Source: the human T2T-CHM13v2.0 reference genome, Homo sapiens. Taken from it: a DNA stretch of 64,000 bases. The notes under the pieces are model-generated. The model made no database searches. It saw only the letters and a program-made list of their open reading frames with translations, and was not told where the DNA came from. This document shows, in pieces, positions 56,760 to 64,000 of the stretch (its first letter is position 1; every line of letters starts with the position of its first letter). The position numbers were made by a program, and so were the translations under genes. The stretch lies in the NCBI RefSeq assembly GCF_009914755.1, contig NC_060938.1; one strand, 5' to 3'.

Positions 56760-59309
56760 ACACCAAATACTGGCAAGGATAAGGAAAAACCACTCCTACG
56801 TTGCTGGTAGGAATGTAAAATGTTACAGCCACTGTGAAAAACAGTTTGACAGTTTCTTTGAAATGAAAACTGTAACTACCATATGATCCTGGGCCTTTAT
56901 CCCAGAGAAGTGAAGACATGTTTATACAAAAAGCCATACACCATGTCTATAGCAGTGTTATTCACAACAGCCAAAAGCTAGAAACAACCAGGATGTCCTT
57001 TGACAGGTGAATGGTTAAACAAACTATGATATATCCATAACATAGAATAACACCCAGCAATGCAAAGGAACAAACTATTGATACAGGCAACAATCTGGAT
57101 GGACCTCCAGGGAACTATGCTGTGTGAAAACTGCTGATCTCAAAAGAGTATAAACTGTATGATTCTTTTATAACATCCTTGCAATCACAAAATTATAGAA
57201 AGGGAGGGCAGATGAGTGGTTGCCCCTGGTTAAAGAGTGGGTGGGGCAGGGAGGAAGTAGGTCTCGCTGTAAAAGAGCAAAGTGAGAAATGCTTCACCAT
57301 ATCAATGTCAGCATCCTTGGGCCGATATTGTACTCTAATTTTGCAAGATGTTATCATTGGGAGAAACTGGGTAAAGGGTACATGAGATCTCTATATTATT
57401 TCCTACAACTGCACATGAGCCTATAATCATCTCAAAATAAAATCTTTAAGAAAGGCACCATGAAATGATTTCAGCAAGAGATTTGCAAGATCTTTATATA
57501 GAAATACTAAAGAAAAGTTAAGCATATAAGGAGATATGGCATGTTCTTGAAGAAAATATTTGTTATCTGTAAGATGTCAATTATCCCCAAAAAAGTTAAT
57601 AGAATTTTCTTCAAGTCCAGGTTATTTGGGGGAGCTGACAAGGTCACCCTAAAATGTATTCAGAGAGCAAAGAGTGAAAGGTAGTAAGGAAACAAAGAAC
57701 GCATTGAGGAAACTTGCTCTCCCATACATGAATTAGCATGAAATTAGAGTAACTAAATCAGAATAGCATTAGTATTAGACAGATGAACAACCAATGGAAC
57801 AGAACAACCTAGAAACAGACTGATGGCTAAATGGACACCTGACAAATTTGGTGTTGCAGATCAATAGGAAAGAGCTGATCTAGTCAATATGGGGTTGGAA
57901 TAATTGAACATTAATATGAGAAAAATAAAATTGCTTCCTTACTCCCGCCTCACACACAATATATCAGTTATACGAGGCTGAAATATGAGAAAAGTATTTA
58001 AATTTTTACTAAAATACTACAGGACAATATCTTTATCTTTATGGTCTCAAGTTGGCAAAGAATTTATTAAACAAGGGCTAACTATAAAAGAAAATATTAA
58101 TAAATTTTGACCAAATTAAAATTATTTACTTCTGTTCATGAAAAGGTATAATAGAGTGACAAGAAATGTAAAATGAAAGATGATATTTAAAAACCTATAA
58201 CTAGCAAGATTAATATCTAAAACATATACTTTTCCTGAGTCAATAAAAAAATAAGCAAAATTTTAAAACAAGCACAAAAGACCTGGTGAAAGGCATTTCT
58301 CATCAAAGGAAATGAAACTGATCAATAGATGTATAAAAGATGCTTAATGTCATTAGTAATCAGAGAAATGAGGATCAAATCCAAATGAAACACTACTTCA
58401 TCATATCATATTTGCAAAACTTAAAAAAAAATCCTAACAATACAAAGTGTTGGTCAATTGTGGAGCAATAAAAACCCATGCCTACTATAGGTAGGATAAT
58501 AAAATGGATGAAGCCTCCTTGGAAATCAGAAACTGGAAAGCAATGGGCATCAATTAGTAAAAGCACAGATGAGCTGACCACAATACCCAACTGTTCCATT
58601 CCTAGCGTATTCCCTGAGGACCCCTTGCACCTGTGCATCCAAAGACAAGATCGAGAGTATTCACAGCAGCATTTTTTTTTGGCGTTATCAGAAAACCTGG
58701 AGATGACCAAAGTATCCATCAAAGGGCTAGTGCATCAATAAAAACTGTGATAAGGACATACAAATGGAATATTGTGTAGCACTGAAAAACAATATACGTC
58801 AACTACACAAATAATGCTGAGAAAACAACAAAGAAGACATGGAAGAGCAAATTTAGAGCAATTTAATTTTTCTACAAAGGGTTAAAGCAGGTAATCTATA
58901 AAGGTAAAACTATAAAGAAAAGCAAGAGAATTGACAAGAGTGAATACTAAATAGGATGGAGGTGACCCTGGAAAGGGGGCAGGTAGGAGATGCCTTTGGA
59001 GAGATACACAGTAGGACTTCACGACTGTTTTTTATTGTTCCACTTTTTAACCTATGCAAGGCTATATTATTTTTCAAATTGCACACACACAACCTATACG
59101 CCCTTTTATTGTGAAGTATGCCGTGTACATAATATTTCTTACAGCAGACGGGGAGCCCTGGGCAGTTCTGGGCAGGCTGCTTTGCTATTGGCCACAGGAA
59201 GGGTGGGAGGAGGTGGGCGGCTCTTGGCATGGACTGTTTGGGCAGGCCCCGTGTGGACTAGGCTGGGAGGTGGCAGGAATGATGGGTGTGGTGAGTGCAG
59301 TACTGGCTA

Positions 59310-59520
59310 AAAACAGGGAGGGAAGGGAGGGCCAGGGAACTGGAGGGTTTAGAGACCAGAGGAGGAAGGGAGGAGGCAAGCATGACAGGAAAAGTGAAAA
59401 GAGAAAAGAAAGAAAAAAGTGGGGGGAAGGGGAGAGAAGGAGAGAAGGAAGAGGAGGAAGAAAAGGAGGGAGAAAGGAAGGGAAGGAAAAGAAAAGAAAG
59501 GAAAGTTACAGGAAAGATAA
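59310..59520. repeat. Polypurine (GA-rich) low-complexity tract
   Basis: Direct reading. Nearly pure A/G from about 59388 to 59505. Confidence 0.85.
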
Positions 59521-59842
59521 CACTGAAAGCCTTCTGTAGGTCAGTGAGGTTCTGGTCCCATTCCCATAGCCACAGTCCCTACTGGGCCCCCAGCTGCCGG
59601 GGGACCTTGAACAAACCCCTCCATCTCCCTGTGCCACAGCTTCCTTGCCTGTGACAAAGTCTGGGAGTCCCAGGCTGCCCCTCACAGAGGCTCGTGATGA
59701 CCATGAGTGTAAAGTACCTGGAAGAGACATCACCCAAAGGGACCAGTCGTACTCACTGAGACTCCTTAGAGTACAGCTGGTTCCCTCCCAGTGAGCCCCC
59801 GGAGGGCAAAGCCTCCACGTGTCACCAAGTCTGTGGTGTCCA

Positions 59843-59843
59843 C

Positions 59844-59872
<29 letters not shown>
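59843..59872. repeat. (CA)n microsatellite
   Basis: Direct reading. Confidence 0.9.
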
Positions 59873-59875
<3 letters not shown>

Positions 59876-60059
59876 GAGCAATGGGCCCCTGTGGGCGTCT
59901 CTTCTGTTCCCCTTACTTGAACTGTGGCACCTGCATGATTTTCGATACTTGTTTGAGCTGAGAGCCATGGAGTACCCGCTGTGCAACCTGAGCACCGTGC
60001 GGTCCTCGAAGACACCACTCACAGCCTCGTCTCTATTGGATGATTAGCCATGTTAGGGC

Positions 60060-60240
60060 TCTCATTTATTGAGGACACCGCGTGCTATATTCCCTATCTC
60101 ATTTAATTATTCGGTTCTGTATTCTCTTTTCACAGATGAGGAAATCTAGGCTCAAAGACACTATCTTGCTCAAGCTGCACAACAAAGCAGGGCTAGGATT
60201 AAACCTCGTTCTGCCCAGATGCCGAGCCGGGAGTACACCG
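60060..60240 (-). mobile_element. MIR SINE upstream of the promoter
   Basis: catttattgagg...ttcacagatgaggaaatctaggctca core. Confidence 0.7.
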
Positions 60241-60289
60241 GACTCTGGGAGGAGCGTTGGCGTGGAAAGCCAGGTCACTCCGATCTTGG

Positions 60290-61400
60290 TCCTCAGGCTC
60301 GGGATAACGTGTCAGCCCCAAGAGAGCGCTGCCCACAGCCCCGGGTGGGTTGGGTTCAACTGCACGGGGCGGGGCGCCAACAGCTCAGGACTTGGGTTGC
60401 AGGCTGGTTCTTGCACCAACCAGCGGGGCGGCCTCGGGCCTCAGTTTCCCCATCCCGCCCACGAAGGGAGGCGATTGCGAGCGCTTGGGGTTTCTGACGG
60501 ACCCCGCCCCGGGGGTGGGGCGGGGAGTGGTCACGTGGAGGGGCGCCCCGTCCGCCGAGCCCCGCCCCACCCCGCCCCGCCCGCCCCCGCGCTCGGGGCC
60601 CTCCGCCTAGTAGAGATCTGGAGCCAGAAGCCCAGAGACAGCCGAGTGCGCCGTGCGGTCTCCGGACGCTCGCTGCTCAGCCCGATCCCCGCCAACTGTG
60701 CAGGCGGCTGACCCGCAGCGGCAGCGGCAGCAGCGAGGACTCGAGCGCTGGCTGCAGCGACACCATGGATCTCTCCTTTATGGCCGCGCAGGTAACGGGG
60801 CGTCCCCCCCACGCGCCCCGGGCCGCCAAGTTTGGGGAGGTTCGGGGCCACGGTCTCGCCCTCCACGCTGGGGCTGGGCAGTGGCGCCCGCCCGCGATCC
60901 GCGTCCCGGTCCTTTGTCCCGAGCCGGACACCCCCACTTGGTGCACGCGTCGGGGGCGGCGATCGCGGCTCTCCCGGGGTGGGGCGGGCTGCGCGCCCCG
61001 CACCCCCGCGGCTCGAGCTGTTCCCGCCCGGGCCCCTCTCGTTGGCAGGAAGGCTGCGAGGAGCCTGGGCAGCCCGAGTCGCCCCCTTCTGCCCATCCCC
61101 CACTGCTGTCCCCCTTCTGGGGTCCCGGAGCCCTCCAAGGCCGGGCCAGCTCAGACCCGCGCGAACGTGGATGGGCACACAGTCTCGCCCTTCCCCACTC
61201 TGTTTTCCCGAGGCGCCAGTAATCTGTCTCTTGCCGGTGACCTCGGGCGCCCCCTTTGCCGCCGCCTGAGGAAGGCTCTGAGACCCGCTTTGTGACCGTG
61301 ACCCGCCAAGCGTCGACGCGCCGCGGTCGTTTGTCCTGTTTTGCTTTGTGTAGAGTCTGATGGAGCCACCAGTGCCCAGCGCGGCCAGAACCCCCCCACC
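60290..61400. promoter_or_regulatory. C14orf132: CpG island and TATA-less promoter of C14orf132
   Basis: Abrupt rise in GC and CpG density. Multiple GGGCGG/CCGCCC Sp/KLF boxes (60366-60590). E-box GTCACGTGG at 60530-60538. Confidence 0.9.
60765..60791 (+). CDS. C14orf132: First coding exon (9 codons, MDLSFMAAQ) of the small transmembrane protein C14orf132; the rest lies beyond the window
   Basis: Strong Kozak gacaccATGG; phase-0 donor CAG|GTAACG at 60791/60792; peptide matches the recalled C14orf132 N-terminus (MDLSFMAAQ-LPMMGG...). The TSS is presumably about 60620-60650 (not determinable from sequence). Confidence 0.88.
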
Positions 61401-61538
61401 CCCCTCCCCGACACAAACAGGCTCCCAGTGGCCGGAAAAACAAATCTCTCACAGCTTGAATTTTCCTCCGGCAGAATGCCCTGGAGTTCTGAGCTTGGGT
61501 GATGATTCTATTTCTGTGCCTTAACTCTCTTGAGCCAG

Positions 61539-61631
61539 AACAAAGACAAATCCCGGATTTCTCCATCAGTCTGTGACCCTAGAGAAGACCCAGAGCTGGC
61601 TCCAGGGAAGGGCTGCGTTTGGCCTGGGAGA
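61539..61631 (+). CDS. C14orf132: Candidate alternative in-frame cassette exon (31 aa NKDKSRISPSVCDPREDPELAPGKGCVWPGR)
   Basis: Acceptor ...ttaactctcttgagccAG| and donor AGA|GTAAGT. 93 nt, phase 0-0, stop-free in frame with exon 1. Confidence 0.55.
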
Positions 61632-62489
61632 GTAAGTCCCAATCTACCAAAGCCACATCTTGCACCTTCTCTGGTTGTGTTGGTTGGTTATGGTGGGAGC
61701 AGAGAGGTCGGGAGGCCACCCAGGCTCCCTTCTGTCTCCAGGGTGTGTGGCAGGGACCCCATCTGCTGCTGTTTTCTTTTACAGGGAACGAAGTTTGAGG
61801 GGACACTTGCTTTTTCCCCAAGCTTCACCTGTAGTGGAAGCCTGTTTAAAAAGTGACAGCAAAATCCAGACTGTGTGTGGACAGCGAGTCTGCAAATGGA
61901 GGCTTAAAAGATGCGGAAGCCCCAAGTTAGTTCTGGGGGTCTAGATCCTGGCTCTCCGGCAGCCCCTTAAGTTTTCCATGATGCTAATTGCCCTTCTGAG
62001 TATCGCTGGCCCTTTTTTTTTTGCCTGATTTTACATCTCCTGTGCCTAAATCCATACTTATAAAAATTGTCATGTAAACATCATTTTAGATAATGATGGT
62101 TTTAGCTACATGAAAACTAAGGAGGCTTTCCAGGATTTATTTCTAGACTGGAGAAGAACTGTGTCTGCCTTCCCCTCTGGATCCCACTGAACCTCCGGAA
62201 TTTCCATGGTTAACAAGATAAACTGATCCCTGCTAACCCTGGAGCTGGCTGGAGCATCAGTTGCTGCCATGGCAACTTGACGAAATAAATACAGGGCTTT
62301 TTAACGTCTTCAGGCAGAATCTGCCCAGAGACCAGGTTCCTATTTTTCCTTTTTTGTTTACAATTCACATTCCACTCGGTCAATGTATTCTCCTTGACAC
62401 ATTTTTGACACTGGTTACATGCGCAGTACTGTGCTAGCTGCAAGGAACAGAAACATGAAGTACCACACATATGAGAACAGACGCTAAGG

Positions 62490-62700
62490 TTTGTTGAGCA
62501 CCTACTATGTGCCAGACGCTGGGTGCTTGGCATATTTTATCACAGCAAATCCTTACAAGTCCATGACGGAGGCCCCATTTTACAGGTCAGGACACTAAAC
62601 GAGATTAAATAATTTGCCCAAGAGCATGCCATTTGCAAGGAGGAGAACTGGATTTCACATCTGGGCCTGAGTATCTGCAAAGGGTTTTCCACCTTATTGC
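62490..62700 (-). mobile_element. MIR SINE in intron 1
   Basis: ttgagcacctactatgtgccag...ccccattttacagg...aatttgcccaag. Confidence 0.75.
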
Positions 62701-64000
62701 TTCATCCTGAGAAAGATACGATGTAAGGTACAGGACAGATCTATTTCAGAATGATTTCTCTCTTCTCTTCCCTCTGGGAAGTGGGCTTACTATTGTGCCT
62801 TTCTAGTAGATTGCTTTCTGCTGTTGATTCATCCCATTATCCCCATAAGGATGGGAACTGTTACTTCCCTACCTGCAATACTTCGCAGTGCTTGGCTGGA
62901 GCAAGTGCTCAGACCCTGCTCCTGGTGTGTCCTGTGGCCACCAGGTGTGTGTGACAGTCACTGTCTCTCTGTGCAGTCTTTCCCTCAGCAGGGGGCAGTT
63001 TGCAGCGAAATGTTGGTGCATCCATCCACTTGCTCAGCAAATGTCTAGTACCTGCCTTGTGACAAGCTCCGTATCAGGCACTGGGACAGGGATCCTGTGG
63101 GACAAACTTGAATAGGACGTAGATTTTCTTTCTGCATGTTTATAAAAGCTTCAAGAAATGATGGGCCCGGCTAAGACACAGAGGGGAATGGCTAAAGGGC
63201 TGGGCTGGGTTGAAGAAGGTGCCCAGCACGTAGTAGGTCCTCAAGTATTTATTAGAGGATTGGATGAGGACAAGATGTATGTTCATGAAAAGACATTAAC
63301 AGGAGAAGATGGTGAATTCAAAGTGTCAAATGCCAATGCCACTGAACAGCTGTCATCATCAGGACTTTGAGAATGGGGGCTGAAGATGGATTAGAACTGT
63401 AGGCATATATCTCCTGGTGGGCCTGGGAGTTAAGACTGTTCTAGGTGGAGAGATATCGAGATAGCGAAGTCCAGAAAATATTCACAGAGTTCTTCAGAAA
63501 GCTAGAGGATGGGGTGCAGGAGGGCTGGGAGACAGAGGCCAGGGCCAGATTATAGAAGGTGCTGATTGCTGGGGTGAGAAGTTTGCATCTAATCAGTAAG
63601 GCAGTGGGAGCCATTGCAAGTTATTGAGCAGGAGAATGGCATATAGTTGAAGCAGTCCCTTGGGAAAACCTCAGCCCCTGTAGAGGATAGAAGCTGGAGG
63701 GATGCCTGGGGCTGGGCATGCATGCTTGTGTGATTAACTAAGTCAGTGAAACCAGATCCACGTGACTCCAAGCCCACGTTTCTTCTTCCCCATGTTGTTA
63801 AATGTGATTCCTGTTTTTGGCTTAAGAAGACCCAGAACACATAAGCCATTTTAGAAAGATTTTCCACTCAAAAGCTAAGCATTAAATAGATATCCTCTTT
63901 GGGTGTACAGAGTAGACACCAGTTATCTGGCAAATCCTCTTAGACAGAGGTGCCCTCCCTGGTGCAGTACACGTGGCTGTATGACAGTGTAAGAGAGGCT

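Larger units (their letters stand above)
53950..58960 (+). mobile_element. Cluster of nested old L1M 3' fragments (L1MA/MC/ME-like)
   Basis: Repeated L1 3'-end motifs (gacattatgctaagtgaaataagccagacacag; ggtgggaatgtaaaat; gaaacaacc). Confidence 0.75.

Noticed and set aside
59054-59654. Lys/Glu/Arg-rich ORFs
   Set aside because: Produced by the polypurine low-complexity tract.
60714-60736. Short GCAGCG/GCN repeat in the 5'UTR as an expansion locus
   Set aside because: Only about 7 interrupted triplets, which is common in GC-rich leaders.
60082-61566. Many long overlapping ORFs (up to 262 aa) on both strands, including the 176-aa ORF from 60765
   Set aside because: Stop-codon depletion in a CpG island. 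The 60765 ORF is real only up to the splice donor at 60791.

Overview
Primate (very probably human) genomic DNA, not microbial. About 60 kb of repeat-dense intergenic sequence is followed by a CpG-island promoter and the first coding exon (MDLSFMAAQ, then CAG|GTAACG) of what I recognise as C14orf132 (chr14q32, + strand). The only other gene-derived sequence is a 5'-truncated, frameshifted retrocopy of the USP5 C-terminus and 3'UTR (about 40.7-42.0 kb), split by a THE1 LTR. The rest is layered transposons, many with readable target-site duplications (TSDs): a HERV-H LTR7 end, MER4A1, MLT2, LTR8 inside LTR47, MER41A, LTR2-family, a complete MST MaLR element, Tigger1, a full-length dead L1PA, Alus and MIR/L2. 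Almost all ORFs in the six-frame track are repeat-derived or GC-content artefacts. I found no convincing novel multi-gene system. The best leads are an in-frame 93-nt candidate cassette exon in C14orf132 intron 1, the USP5 retrocopy, a fold-back template-switch scar in the L1 3'UTR, a possible short L1 3' transduction, and candidate regulatory motifs. Repeat subfamily names come from recalled consensus sequences and need RepeatMasker/Dfam confirmation. Boundaries without a TSD are approximate.
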